The translations under genes were made by a program, and so were the position numbers. Under the pieces are notes generated by a model, which was not told where the DNA came from, searched no databases, and was given only the letters and a program-made list of their open reading frames with translations. Below are positions 37,035 to 50,019 of a stretch of DNA of 64,000 nucleotides, in pieces (position 1 is the first letter of the stretch; the number at the start of each line of letters is the position of its first letter). The stretch is from Eledone cirrhosa (taxonomy: Eukaryota): positions 158,286,001-158,350,000 of the forward strand of contig OZ024741.1 in NCBI GenBank assembly GCA_964016885.1, given 5' to 3'.

Positions 37035-40000
37035 AATACAAGGAGGGATATCAATCTTACAGTGATAGTGCTCTTCTCAATAGATGTGCAGTACCAGTCA
37101 AAACAATTTTTTGCACCTTGTGCAGAGAGGGTAAACCAGGAATCATTCGCAAATATTGTTCTGTTCCTTTCTTGATCATTCCCAGTCCTCCCACAACCAC
37201 TGGTATTGTAACGGCCTTGAGGTGCCACATTTTCTCAATTTCAATAAGCAGATCTTTATATTTTTGTAGCTTGTCAAATTCTTTTGCCGCGATATTGTGA
37301 TCACATGGGATGCTCATATCTATCACTAAACAGACCTTGTTATGTTGATCTTTTACAATGATGTCAGGTCTATTTGCTTTTATGGTCCTGTTAGTATGTA
37401 CAGGAAAGTCCCAGAGAATTGTTACTTTTTCTCCTTCAGTTACAGCCTCAGGGTGATGGTTGTACCACTTGTCTTCAGCTTTGATTTTGTAATGCCAACA
37501 TATTACCCAGTGCTGGCCAACTCAGTCATGTCTATATTTGTATTCTACTGGTGCTAAAAATTTACATCCAGAGACTATGTGATCCACTATTTCAACCGCA
37601 GCATTGCAGAATCGGCACTTTGGGTTTATTCCGTTTCTCATCACATTGGCCTGGTAATTATGAGTCAATAAGCTTTGATCTTGGGCAGTTAAGATGAAGC
37701 CTTCACTCTCCGCCTTTAGCCCTGAACTACGTAGCCACTGTGGGTATGCTTTTGGTCAACATCAGCTTGTTTGCTACGGGCCACATATTTTCCATGCAGA
37801 GGTTTCTGCTCCCAATTTGATGCTAATTGTCCTTGCCCTTTTGCTTTTGCCAGTGATTTTATGTGCCTAGCAGCATCAGTTGCAACAGTTTCTTTAGTCT
37901 GTCCAGCTTGGGTATCAAGCATGAGATCAGAGCCATATTCTTTGCTCTCCCTCAAGATAAAAAGAAGCTTCTTACTTCTCTCATGCTTTTCAACAAGTTT
38001 CAGCATACAGTCGTTAGTTGTTTCAAGGTATTTGGCCAGTCCAATGATGGTGGTCTTGTAAGCAAGTTCAAATTGGATCAGGCCACGGCCTCCTTGAGTT
38101 CTAGGAAGGTAAAGACGATCCACATCTGCTTTTGGGTGGTGCATCCTATTACAGGTCACTAGCTTACGGACTTTGGTGTCGATTCTTTTAATTTCACTCA
38201 TATTTCAGTTCAACACTCCGAAGCTAAAAGTGACAACTGGGACTGCCAAGGAATTTATGACTAGCACCTTGTTACGAGCGTTTAGTTCTGATCTCAAAAC
38301 TGCACGTACTCTCCTGTAACATTCTTTCCTTATCCTCTCTTTCATACTTGCATGCTCTATGCCAGAGCCCTCATTACTCCCTAAGTATTTATAGGTTTGT
38401 TCCTGCTCAAGTTCCTTTATGATTGTTTCAGCATCCAATACAACTGAGTCTGAGTTGACAAGCTTCCCCTTCTTGAAAGTGGCTTTTGCACACTTGTCAA
38501 GTCCAAACTCCATACTGATGTCATCGCTAAACGTTTTTACTGTCCGCAAGAGGCCTTCCAGTTCATCATTATCTTTGCAAATCATAGCTTCAAATCATCC
38601 ATATAAAATAGGTGGCTTATTTTTTTGTTGTCAATTCTATAACCGTACCCTGTTCTATTAAGTTCGGATGTAAGGGGTATTAAAGCTATGCAGAAAAGCA
38701 AGGGTGAAAGTGAGTCACCCTGGAATATACTACAGTTGATGTTTATATTCCTAGAGCACAGTACCCCAGTGGAATGAGACAATTGGAGATTTGTGTTCCA
38801 TAATGACATATTGTGTTTCAGGAAGTTTGAGATCACAGGTGAGATTTTGAAGATGTCCAGTGATTTCAGAATCCATGAGTGTGGTATGCTGTCAAAGGCT
38901 TTTTTATAATCGATTCATGCAGAACTGAGATTTCTGTGTTTTAATAAACACAAAAATCTCAGTTCTCAAGGATCATACAATTAATCAAAAGTTGATCTTT
39001 GCAACCATATGAACCTCATCGGCACCCTTTTTGTTCAATGGGGAAAAGATTGTTCTCCTCCAAAAACACGTATGCTTTTTCCATGAGAATAGAGGTTAAT
39101 AGTTTATAAGTGGTGGACAAGCAGGTTATGGGTCGATAGTTTTTTGGATCTTTGGTTTCGTTGTTCTTTGGTAGAAGGTAGGTAATGCCACTTGCTATCC
39201 AATCAGGTGTATTTTTTGGATCTTTCATAATTCCATTAAACAGCTTGACCAATATATTGTGAGTGCACGGGAGTGAGGAAAGCCAGAAATTTGGCACCCT
39301 GTCTCTACCAGGAGATTTCCATTTATGAGATTTATTGAGTGCTGTCCTTAAGTCCGCTATAGAGATGTCTTCCCACGCCTGTTCTTCTAAATTTGTGTAG
39401 GATTTTTCTAGGCGACTAATCCAATCTACATTAGCATTATATGTCTCCTCATCACTCCAAATCTTACTCCAGAAGTTTTCAACTTCTTCTCTACTTCTCT
39501 ATAAAATGACTTGACATTGGATGAGAACAACTTATTTTGCCTGTAAAAGTTGTATCGCTTCTCAAATCTACGATATCGTTGGCCTTTCACTTGGACTTTT
39601 TGTTTCAGAGATTCTTTTGTTGAAACTATTGCTTCTCTAGAAGACAGTCCATGTTTTCTCTTTAGCTTTCTTACCTTCTTGGATCTTATATCATTTCCAG
39701 CGGTTATCTCACTCAATAAAGATATTTCTCCTCTCATTACGTCAACCTCCTTTTCGATTCTACTACTCCAAATTGGTTTACCTCGAAGGTTCGACTTTTT
39801 TTGTTTTTTTGGTGGTAAACAACTTGTTTCAATTACTCTAGCAGATGTATAAATGATTTCATTTAACTCAGTAAGATCAGGTTCTAGTTCTTCTATGATT
39901 TCTTTTGTCACAGAATCATTATTTGTCACCAATCATTATTTGTTTTCTATTTTGGATTGTATTTGGAAGTTTTTGAAGTGGTTCTCTATCATTTATACTA

Positions 40001-40810
40001 GAATGTCTTACTACTGCAAGCTCATTCAGTATTTTTTGCTTTAATTCCTTCATAGTATCCCTGTGTTCTTCAGCAGATGTTTGGCTTTCAATTACTGTTT
40101 CTAAGTCCCTCTCCTGACTATTTTCCGCAGGTTCAATAGGGCTTCTCATTTCTACAAACCTATTTGTGATTTGGTCAGATGGAGGTCTTTCAGTAAAGAC
40201 TTGTGACTGGTTACTATCTCCAGGAGATTCTTCAGTTCTTTCATCATTTATATTTGTGTCATTCTCCACAGCCTGCTTTTTTGCAGCTAGTTCAGTGTCT
40301 GTGAGTCTATTATTTCTGAAGATATACCTCTTTACATTTGCCAACTTATTTCCATCCATATCACGTCTGCTAGCTTGATTCTGAGTTTTCCAGATTTTGT
40401 AAGAGTTTAAAGTGTGTCTGTCTTGTGATGGCTTACCTAATGCATAGTAATTTGCATATATTACTTCTTTATACTCTTCTCAGGTCCATTTCATCCTTTT
40501 AAGTTTTTCTTTTTGAGGTGGTTTGGGTGGTGGATCTAGAGGGCTCGAGTTGGGGCAATCCCCGATCAAGTGACCATCCAGGTTCATAATTGGAGAAGAG
40601 TTTGTGCCAGAGGCGGACTTTTTGATCTCAGGTTGGCACCTTCCTGAGGGACGCGCTTCCTGATTAACCATAGGAAAAGCGATTTGGTATTGTGTATTAA
40701 TTTTTATTTGTTCATCTCGCAGTGCATGCTTGCGTTACGTATGGTATTGGACGTACATGGAAAGTTGCCCGGCTCTTTGAGTAGTGCATTTTCTGGTTGG
40801 CACTGAGATC
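37035..40810 (-). mobile_element. Second R4/Dong-type family, near full length but broken by stops and frameshifts
   Basis: N-terminal RMKWT and KLAN..RYI..NNRLT, NYRPITCL, IFQGDSLSPLLF, YMDDLKL, YKYLG, GGRGL, CRFC and KPD..IDMSIP..KEFDKLQKY. Confidence 0.92.
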
Positions 40811-41236
40811 ATTATTACTATTATAACAGTATAGTTATGGTCATTGCTGTTGTTGATTGAGGTGATATTTTTATGGTTGCAGCTATAAGAGGTGTATGAG
40901 AATTTTCTCAACTAGTCTTGTGGTGCGAGTGGTGTTTGTGGTGGTGGCAGGGAGATTAATGCTGGGGGTGGGGGTGCTGGGAGTTATAGTGGGTAGGGTG
41001 ACATTGTAGCTTATAGGAGTTGCTTCTCCAATGTTATTTTCTGTCTATTTTGAGTTTGAGGTGTAAATGGGGTGCTAGTATTCGTTTTTTCTTCCCCTTA
41101 GTTTTGTCCTTTATGTGGGCTCCAGACACTTACATAAATATACATTTATTATTATTGTTATTCCTTGAATCTCAGTCATTGATGTTGGTTAACTGGAAAG
41201 TCCGTTGGATTGAATATCAAGCCACTACCTGCAGCC

Positions 41237-44137
41237 TCAGATATTCAGGACGTATCGGAGGGTTCTTGCTGTTCCAAGCAAGCATGCCTTTTGAAGCGTT
41301 CCAAAAAGCGTGAAGGAGCCGATTTTCTTTAACCATCCCTGGAAACTTTTGGAGATAGTCCCCAGTGCGCCTATGACAATCGGGATCACTTTGACTTCAT
41401 GGCAGTTCCAAATCCTTTTCACCTCCCACTTTAGGTCCTGGTATCGGTTAATTTTCTCCCTCTCCTTCTCTTGCACTCTCGTGTCGAACGGGCAGGCCAC
41501 ATCCACAATCAGACACGATCTTTTTTCTTTGTCCACAACCACCAGGTCAGGTCTATTGTGTTCCAGTTTTTTGTCCGTCTGTATCCTAAAATCCCACAGC
41601 ACCTTCACCTGATTGTTCTCCATCACCGCCTCTGGCCTATGCTCATACCATTTCTCAGAATGTGGTAAATTGTTTACTTTGCACAGGTGCCAGTGGATCA
41701 CCCTGCCCATCACATCGTGTCTCCAGCCCTTATAGTGGGTCTGGGCTAGGTGTTTACACTCGGACACAATGTGAGCCACAGTCTCCTCTCTCTCTCCACA
41801 GATCCTGCACAGTGGGCTAGCCTCCTCCTTGTAAATATGGTGCTTCAACCACTTCGTTTTGAGGGCCTGCTCCTGCGCAGCCATTAGCATTCCTTCTGTA
41901 GCCTTTTTGAGGTCTCCTCTTCTCAACCAGTTCCATGTCTGTGGATCTCTAAATTCAGTTTTCTCAAAGAAGGTACTATGAAGGGATTTTCCCTTAAGGC
42001 TGCTCTTCCTCCTTGATGTTATTTCCTCCTTGGACATCCCCTGGCCTACTGTCCCCTCCTTCAGTACAGTTCTGAGCATTGGCTCCTTACTATGGGTCAC
42101 GTATTTGTATAGGTTGTTTTTCTCCATCTGAACACAGTCCTCTATGCTGATAAGACCTCTTCCACCCTCAGATCTCCTTAGGTAGAGTCTATCGACATCA
42201 CTCCTCTTGTGGAACATGTTGTAGATAGTCAATAGCTTCCTAGTCTTCCTATCCATTTCTTTTTGTTCAGCAACATTCCATCTCAGAATTCCCGCACTGT
42301 ACCTAATAATAGACACAGCTCGGGAATTTACTGCGCTTATGGCATTTCTGCTGTTCAGATGTGACTTCAATACGCTCCTTACTCTCCGAATGTATTCAGT
42401 TCTTAACAATTCCTTCATTTTTTTGTTCTTTATGCCATCAGCCTCCAGAACGCCCAAATACTTGTATCCTTCCTCAGAGTCAATTTCCTTTATCATTTCA
42501 CCTGTTGGTATCTGGATCCCGTTACTTCTGCTCAACCTACCCCTCCTCATCACAATGACTCCACATTTACCAATACCAAACTGCATACATATATCACTGC
42601 TGAAAATACGGACAGTGTCAACAAGCACATCCAACTCCTTCTCACTTTTCCCGAAGAGCTTAAGATCGTCCATGAAGAGGAGGTGATTGATGGTAAGCTC
42701 TCCCCTTCCCAACTTGTATCCTGCTCTCACTTTTCGCAGCATAATGGTCAAGGGCATCAGGGCAAGGACAAATAACAGAGGGGACAGGCTATCTCCCTGG
42801 AAGATACCTCTCTTGATCTTCACGCTTCCCAAGGATACTCCAGTTGATGTCAACTCTGTCTCCCAGGACCCCATACTCCTGCCCAGCAACTGTCTGATGT
42901 TGTCTGCCACCCTGAAGATCTCCAGGCTTTTGGTGATCCAAGAATGAGGCACCATGTCAAATGCCTTTCTGTAGTCTATCCATCCCATGGCAAGATCAGT
43001 GTGTCTCCTCCTGCAATTCCCCATTACCATCTTATCAATAAGTAACTGGTCCTTTGTACCACGTGACTTCTTTCGGCATCCTTTCTGTTCGTCCGGTAAC
43101 AAGTTGTTTGTGTGGAGGTGATGGTAGATTTCCTCAGACACAATGCTCGTCAACAGTTTCCACATTACGGACAGACATGTGATAGGTCTATAGTTGGTAA
43201 CATCATTACCCTTGATTCGGTCTTTCATTATCAGAACTGTGGTACCTTTTGTCAACCACTCTGGCACCTCACCCGACACCAAGCAGTCATTGAACATGGC
43301 CGTCAGCTTCGGGTGGAGGTATGTTAAATGTTTAATCCAATACCCCTGCACACCATCTGGGCCTGGTGATTTCCAGTTGGTTAGTTTTTTGGCCTGCCCC
43401 TTAAGAGTTTCAACTGTGATACTCAAATCAGTTTGTTGTTGTGCCTGCTCACCGATCTCCCTCTGTACTGTCTCAATCCACCCTGCCTGGACATTATGTC
43501 TAACATCCTGCTCCCATATTCCTCTCCAGAATGTTTTAGTTTGCTCCGCCCCAGGGATCAAGTCGTTGCCTCTTTCTTTCCCCTCAAGCTGTCCAAACAG
43601 CATCTTCTGGTTGTTGTCGAACATGCGGTTCTGTTTATACTGACTGACTCTGTTCTCGTATCGCCTGATTTTTGCACTCTTTGCTACAATGCGTTGCTTC
43701 AGTTCCTCTATGATAATATTTAGCTTTTTCCTCCTAGTTTTGTATTTTATTTCCAGTCTATTTTTAGTGCCTATGTTTTTTAGTGTCCCATTCAGTAGTG
43801 ACTCAAGCTTTCCTATGTCATTTCTCATTTCCCCGATTTGCCCACTCAGTCGCTTCTTCCACCACGGCTCTGCTCTTTCTTGTCTGTTGTTTCCTCTCGC
43901 TTTTATACCAAGTAGTTTCCTCACCGTATTTGCTGTTGCTTTGAGGATATTGTTGCACTGGTGAAGGCTCCTCGTCTCAAGGTATGGGATGACTTTGTTT
44001 ACCTTAGCTGTTGTTTCTTTTAACTTTTTCCTGTCTACAAATCTTAGCTTCATAGGTCTCCCACTATCATTGTTCAATTCATCTACCACTAAATTTAGGA
44101 TGTCAACCGAATCTTGTCCTAGCCCGTCAGCATTCAT
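41237..44137 (-). CDS. R4/Dong-clade non-LTR retrotransposon ORF (RT, CCHC, restriction-like endonuclease), 966 aa with no stop; element ~41160-44198
   Basis: NYRPITCL, IDYRKAFDMVPH, GIFQGDSLSPLLF, FMDDLKL, YKYLG, CRICGEREETVAHIVSEC, RHD, RPDLVV..DVACP..KEREK; embedded in (TAA)n at both ends. Confidence 0.96.
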   Translation of the reverse strand: MNADGLGQDSVDILNLVVDELNNDSGRPMKLRFVDRKKLKETTAKVNKVIPYLETRSLHQCNNILKATANTVRKLLGIKARGNNRQERAEPWWKKRLSGQIGEMRNDIGKLESLLNGTLKNIGTKNRLEIKYKTRRKKLNIIIEELKQRIVAKSAKIRRYENRVSQYKQNRMFDNNQKMLFGQLEGKERGNDLIPGAEQTKTFWRGIWEQDVRHNVQAGWIETVQREIGEQAQQQTDLSITVETLKGQAKKLTNWKSPGPDGVQGYWIKHLTYLHPKLTAMFNDCLVSGEVPEWLTKGTTVLIMKDRIKGNDVTNYRPITCLSVMWKLLTSIVSEEIYHHLHTNNLLPDEQKGCRKKSRGTKDQLLIDKMVMGNCRRRHTDLAMGWIDYRKAFDMVPHSWITKSLEIFRVADNIRQLLGRSMGSWETELTSTGVSLGSVKIKRGIFQGDSLSPLLFVLALMPLTIMLRKVRAGYKLGRGELTINHLLFMDDLKLFGKSEKELDVLVDTVRIFSSDICMQFGIGKCGVIVMRRGRLSRSNGIQIPTGEMIKEIDSEEGYKYLGVLEADGIKNKKMKELLRTEYIRRVRSVLKSHLNSRNAISAVNSRAVSIIRYSAGILRWNVAEQKEMDRKTRKLLTIYNMFHKRSDVDRLYLRRSEGGRGLISIEDCVQMEKNNLYKYVTHSKEPMLRTVLKEGTVGQGMSKEEITSRRKSSLKGKSLHSTFFEKTEFRDPQTWNWLRRGDLKKATEGMLMAAQEQALKTKWLKHHIYKEEASPLCRICGEREETVAHIVSECKHLAQTHYKGWRHDVMGRVIHWHLCKVNNLPHSEKWYEHRPEAVMENNQVKVLWDFRIQTDKKLEHNRPDLVVVDKEKRSCLIVDVACPFDTRVQEKEREKINRYQDLKWEVKRIWNCHEVKVIPIVIGALGTISKSFQGWLKKIGSFTLFGTLQKACLLGTARTLRYVLNI

Positions 44138-44198
44138 CTCCTCAGTGGCCGTATCTCTGTTCCAGGTATTATTTATCTCAGTATTCAGATCATTGTCT

Positions 44199-44250
<52 letters not shown>

Positions 44251-44268
44251 CATCATCATCATCATCAA

Positions 44269-44490
44269 GGGTGGTGGATTGGCAGTATCGGTAGAGGGTC
44301 GGATGCCATGCTTTGCAGCATAGAGTTACAGCCCTTTATGATCTGAGTTCAAATCCTGCTGAGGTTAATTTTGCCTTTCATCCTTACGGGGGTCGAAAAA
44401 ATAAAGTACCAGTCACGCACTGGGGTCGATTTAATCGACTGTCCCATTCCCCAAAATTGCTGGCCTTGTGCTTATATAAGAAACCATTAT
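44269..44490 (+). mobile_element. SINE family A, long-tail variant
   Basis: Consensus head and core plus the ggggtcgatttaatcgac segment. Confidence 0.9.
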
Positions 44491-44506
44491 TTTTATCATC
44501 ATCATC

Positions 44507-44835
44507 GTGCTCTCTTCCCAGCATTTTGTTGAAAGATGGGTGAGAGAGGCAAGAATGGCCCGAGTGAAGGTGGAAAACTGGGAGAGGGCACTTGCCCTGG
44601 TGGTCAGGGTCACCGTGGCTTTTTTTAATGGGCTTTCTCCACGATGGCCCTCGGAAGTCTCCCCCCTATTGGGGAATTTTTTATTGTTCTTTTTTTGTTA
44701 CATCCTCTGTTTTTTTGTTTTTTTACATGCAGAAATGCCCATTTGTACCGTCCTGTATTGTCCTGTACTGTCCTTAATGTCTACTTTATGTAAACCCTTG
44801 TGGTTAATAAAGAAAGCATTATTATTATTATTATT
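44507..44835 (+). mobile_element. Tx1/L1-like LINE 3' end
   Basis: FVERWVREARMARV and UTR cccttgtggttaataaagaaagcattattatt, similar to 23975-24330. Confidence 0.65.
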
Positions 44836-45735
44836 CATAAAGCTTTTGTTCTGGCTGATATTATACCAACACCATACCAAAAGAGTGAGCCATAGCCAAT
44901 AGCCAACAGTCCTTGGGTTATTCCTTTTCTTTCAACTTTTCAACACCCTTCTTAGAATTCTTGCTGTTCCCAGTAAGGCTGTTTTCTGCCACAAACTTGT
45001 CCTGATGGTAATTCCTAGCTTCTCAAGCTATACATTCAACCTTCTACTAACTGCTCCCAGTGCGCCAACCACAATTGATACCACTTCTACATGTCTGATT
45101 CTCCATAGTTTCCTGATTTCTCTCTTCAGCTCCTGGTATTTCTCAACTTTCTTACTTTCCTTCTCATTCACCCTGTGGTCCCACAGTGAAGCAATATCCA
45201 CAATACATGGCTTGTTATTCTTCTTTTCTACAACAACAATGTCAGACTTTCTAGCCACGATAAAATGGCCGCACTGGATGGGCATGTCCCACAAGATCTT
45301 AAACTGTTAATTTTCAGCAACCCTTTCCCGTTGGTGTTCATACCATTTCTCAATTCTGCTCATGTCATACTTATAACAGAGCTTCCAGTGAACCAATCTG
45401 GTTTGTTGTGCTTTCTCTTGTACTCTATCTGAGCGAGCATCTACATTCACTAATAATATGGTTTACTGTTTCACCTTTCTCACCACACAGCCTACAAAGT
45501 GGGGAATTCACTGACGTGTCAATATTGAACTTGATATAGTTCGTTTTCAGTGCCTGTTCCTGGACTACAAGAATAAAGGCCTCAGTTTCAACTTTTTAGT
45601 CACTTTTCCTAGTCTATTCCCAGTTCCCATCTTTGTCAACTATCTCAGGCATTTCACATACAAATTGACCATACATTTTTATTTCTTCCATCTATTCAGT
45701 GTGTCATTCTGTCTGTATTGTTTAAATTCTCTTAT
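44836..45735 (-). mobile_element. Third R4/Dong-like 3' fragment, degenerate
   Basis: QEQALKTN, CRLCG..ETVNHI, KWYEH, WDMPIQ..KSDIVV..DIA..EKYQELK. Confidence 0.85.
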
Positions 45736-45969
45736 TATTATGCATGCAGTTTGTATAATGAGAGTTATGTTATTTTATTGAATATTAATTATGTAGAGTA
45801 TATGTTGTGTGAGTTATCTTCCTTTATTGTATGAGGTGCTAATTACATAGGGTTCATGTTGTGTGTGGAGATTGTTCTGTTTGATCTGTGCTGTTGAATT
45901 TATGTATTAAGCAAAATGTTGGCTATTCTTATTTGAGTTATTTGGGGGCAGAGTGTATACTTTTGTTCT

Positions 45970-46005
45970 CCTCCATCATCATGATCATCATCATCAATAT
46001 CTTCA

Positions 46006-46036
<31 letters not shown>

Positions 46037-46340
46037 TATCTTCACCATCATGATCATCATTCTCATCCTCAGCACCATCATCACCCTCAGCCCAGCATAA
46101 TCACCATCATCATCACCATCACCATAATAATAATCATCATCACCATCACTGCCTTTATCATCCCCATTATCCTCACCATGACACCCACTACCTCCTTCAA
46201 CACCATCATCATCACAACCTTAATCACTATTCTTATCTCCACCACCATCATTATCATCATCATCATCACCATCAGCCTCCTCCTTACCACCTTAATCATC
46301 ATTCTCACCTCCACCACCATCACCATCATCATCCTCATAT
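45970..46340. repeat. (CAT/CAC)n low-complexity tract
   Basis: Direct observation; it explains the poly-His/Ile/Met ORFs. Confidence 0.9.
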
Positions 46341-46442
46341 TTAAGACTTAAGAAAGTATTTTAGCTGCCAGTCTTTTATAAATAAATTGTATGACAAACA
46401 TAAGAAATCTAACCATGGTGAATGTTTGTCATTGTCTTTCAG

Positions 46443-46814
46443 CAATGAAACTACTGGAAAGACTGAGACAAAAGCCCCAGAGATTCTTGCAGCTGCTCAT
46501 TATTCTGCTTGTTTCCTGCATCATTAGTTGCAAGTTTACAACTCCAAGTTCTGATATGTCCCGAAGCTTCAATTACAGAATGATCTTAAACAACAATTTC
46601 AGGATTGGTGTAGCTTCAAATGCAAGTCATCCAAAGGGAAAAAGTATTAATGGTGTTATAGAATGCAGTCTAATATGTATGGAGATGATTTCACCAAAGT
46701 GCACTTACTTCACCTACAACTTGAAAAGAAGAAAGTGTAAGAAATTCTTTAATGGTCACCCTGTAGTTTTGCAGCCTTCAGATGGTCACTACTCTTCCTA
46801 TATACAGATTGAAG
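46443..46814 (+). CDS. Coding exon A of a host gene: hydrophobic signal/anchor plus PAN/Apple domain
   Basis: Acceptor tgtctttcag at 46442, ATG at 46445, donor gaag|gtaaga at 46814; FLQLLIILLVSCIISC followed by ECSLIC-x6-CTYFTYN-x5-C, the PAN cysteine pattern. Confidence 0.8.
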
Positions 46815-47629
46815 GTAAGAGAACTGAATATATTTGACTCACAGACACTTAAAACAAAACTCAAACACACATGCATACAGAGAGAGAGTCAAACTCACAC
46901 ACACACACACTAGGTGTTCTTTGGTCATTTTCTACCTTTTTTCAAACCTTCTTTCACTTTGTTTAACCCTTTTGACACCAAACCACCTGAAATCGACCCA
47001 TCTTCTACAATATAAAACTGTTTGTTGTAAAGTGTTTATATTCATCTAAACACTTCTTATAATTTTATGTAAGAACTTTTGTTAGCATCAGCCTCCAGAG
47101 GTCCATCAATGCACCTCATGAACATCAGATGTTATGACCAGATTTAAGGGATCAGCAAAATATTCTCTCTATCTTCCAAGGATACACTTCTCTTCAGAGA
47201 AAAGAACCTTCAATGAGTTCCTGATAGCAGGCGTGAAGGGGAACTTCTTATTACAAAGCCTTCTTCTTTGCTCTAATGGCATCTATAACTACCTGATCGA
47301 ACCAGGGTGTCTTACTGTTACCTGGCACCAAACTGAACCACTTTTGTCTGTAGCATTTAACAGATGAAGCAGAATCTGCCAAGCTGAACAGTCTACACTT
47401 CGTTTTAATGTCTTCAATTTTCTGAATTTGGATGCAATAGTATCTATATACGTGATCCTGACCTTCTCATCAGCCAGCACTTCCCACTTCATCCTGTAGG
47501 TCAAGCTGGACATGCCAGTTTTGTGAGTTTTCTTGACTTTAAGTATTTCAGGTTGTAGATAACTAGATGGGAATTAGTTGACAGTTCAGCTGCTCTTTTA
47601 ATGCAAACATACAGCACAGAATTGAAGAG

Positions 47630-48722
47630 ATCAGAGTCAATAAAAGTGCTCAAATGTGGCCAGGCCTCTGGAGAGGATGAAATTTGGCCCGAGATATAAA
47701 AAATTTTAAATAGAGATGGTATTCTCTTCCTGACTCGTGTATGGTAGGTGGCCTGGATCTCAGAAAAGGCACCAAATCAATGAAAATCGGGAGTGATAAT
47801 CCCAATTTTCAAAAAGCGAGACATGGGAGATTGCTCTAATTATAGAGGAATCTCCTTAAAACTTCCCGGTAAATTCTATGCTATGTCTGGCAAAGAGATG
47901 TAGGGATATTGTTGAGTCCAAGGTAGCTGATGAACAGTGTGATTTTCAACCTTGATGCAGCACAGTTGATCAAGTATTCACACTACAATAGGTCTTTGAG
48001 AAATCATGGGAGTATTTTGAAGGGGAATATGCTTGTTTGGTGGACTTCGAAAAGGCATACAACCACATTCTACAAGACCTTTTGTGGAAGTTTCTACAGG
48101 AGTATGGGAGCAATGGACAATTTCTTGTTGCCTTGAAGTCTGTATATGAACACCTGAGTATTTGTGTTCGGATAAATGGTGCTAAGTCAAAATCATTCGA
48201 TATAAGTGTCAGACTCCACCAAAGGTGCATGCTGTCTTGTTCTCCTTTCTTGTTCATAGTCTTCATGAACAGGATTGATGTGCAACCATGCTGGAAGTGG
48301 TATCAAGACCATCTGAAATTGGCAGACAACATGGTATTACTTAACTTGTCAGAAAGTGATCTTTGACATGCACTGGGTCGGTTTGCTGCTGAGTGCTGCA
48401 CGGCAGGAATGAAAATCAGTACTATGAAGACTGATCCATGGCAGCTGGAGAAGTTCATATATCTTTGGGTCATTTTCATGAGTGATGGATAGTGGGAGGT
48501 TGGTTTAAATGCAAGAATTGCAAGTACAGGTCCTGTACTTCACCAGCTTCAGTACTTTGTCATCAGAAGATAGGAGTTAGGTGTAAAAGTAAAACTCGCT
48601 ATCTATAATTCTGTGTTCATTCCTATCCTTTTCTATGGTCATCAATCTTGGTGGGGGATGACCAAAAGAATATGATTGTGAATACAAGCTGCTGAAATGA
48701 GGTTCCTCTGGTGGTATATTGT
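47630..48722 (+). mobile_element. Degenerate RTE-like RT fragment (intronic)
   Basis: NYRGISL, VDFEKAYN, SPFLFIVFM, LADNMV and AAEMRFL. Confidence 0.85.
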
Positions 48723-48929
48723 GAGGTATGCTTGGCCTTCCATGTTGGCATGGGTTGGACAAGGGAGTAAATCAGGTATGTCGGTGGGAGTAGGGGATAC
48801 ATCTTTCTTCCATGCTGGCATAGGTTATGTAAGGAAATGAATTAAGGATGAGGTAAGTTTGAAGGGGAAAGACAATATGGGTGAGGGTAGGAACACTTCT
48901 TTTTCTTTCTGTGTTGGCATGGGTTAGAT

Positions 48930-49255
48930 CAGAGGTCCTTTTGGACCACCACCACCCTCACAGCCACACATTACCCTTAGTGCTCCCAACCCCTATTTCC
49001 AGAGAGACCCGCCTACATGCAAATTATAAATAATATATAATAAATAAAATCGTTAATTTATATATAATAGATAATATAATATATACTATGTATAGATAAA
49101 TATTATATATTTTTTATTTTACTATATTTATATATAATGTGTATCATTTGATATTTAATATACTATTCTGTCATCTCTAACTCCCCCCCCCCCCCATCAT
49201 CCCTTAGGCCCAGTGCGCCCCAGGTGGGCAGTAGCGCCCACTTTGAGAACCTCTG
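48930..49255 (-). mobile_element. hAT-type MITE, copy 1
   Basis: Ends CAGAGGT.. and ..TTTGAGAACCTCTG; perfect 8-bp TSD ggttagat (48922-48929 and 49256-49263). Confidence 0.9.
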
Positions 49256-49399
49256 GGTTAGATGAATGGTGGAGATGGTGAAGTATGTGGATGGGGAGTA
49301 GAATTTGGGTATGGAAAGATAAGGTTAGGAAGATGGACAGGAAGGTCAGGCCTGGCTACATCTCTCTTTCTTGTGTTTCACTCTGTTTGTGTGGGAAGG

Positions 49400-49975
49400 T
49401 GAGTCTTCTACCATACAACATATTGTCAGTTGACTTGATCTTATGTAATCTCCTTCATCGGATCAGCCTTTACCACATCATCCCAAGTTTTCTTTGGCTT
49501 CCATCTTCACAGTTTCCTTCAACATTGAGTGCCCTACTTTGTTTTATCATTTATCTATCATTCTTTATACAGATCATGTAGCCAAACAATTTCTCTTGTA
49601 ATTTGAATATAATTCCTCTTTTCTTCAACTTTTCTTTCAGTTCATTTATGTTCCATGCACACTAACATTACACATCCATCAGAGCATGCTTGCCTCATTT
49701 CTTTCCAATCTTCATAAATCTTCTGCGTTCAAAGCCATGTCTCACTTCCATACAGCATTGCAATTCTCATACAAACAAAATACAAATTATTTTTTGTTCT
49801 GAGGGAGAAGCCATTTGTGGCCAGCAGAGGTAGTAGCTCCCTGAACTTCTTTCAGTCAGTTCTCACTTTAGCTACTATACTCCTAGAACAATCTCCTCCA
49901 CTACCAATTAAGTCACCTTGGTAGCAGAAACTGTCAACCACTTCTAAGGAGCCAGCAGGGCATTTTATAGTCTAT
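49400..49975 (-). mobile_element. RTE C-terminal fragment
   Basis: Minus-strand FRELLPLLATNGFSL..LYGSE..ERNEASML. Confidence 0.8.
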
Positions 49976-50019
49976 TTCATACGAACATTTGCTTGAAATG
50001 AAATTAAATGTGTGTATGT

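Noticed and set aside
42339-44294. Multiple + strand ORFs antisense to the Dong ORF (likewise opposite the RTE ORFs)
   Set aside because: Shadow frames of the retrotransposon coding strand
45953-46351. Poly-His / poly-Ile ORFs
   Set aside because: Translation of a (CAT/CAC)n microsatellite
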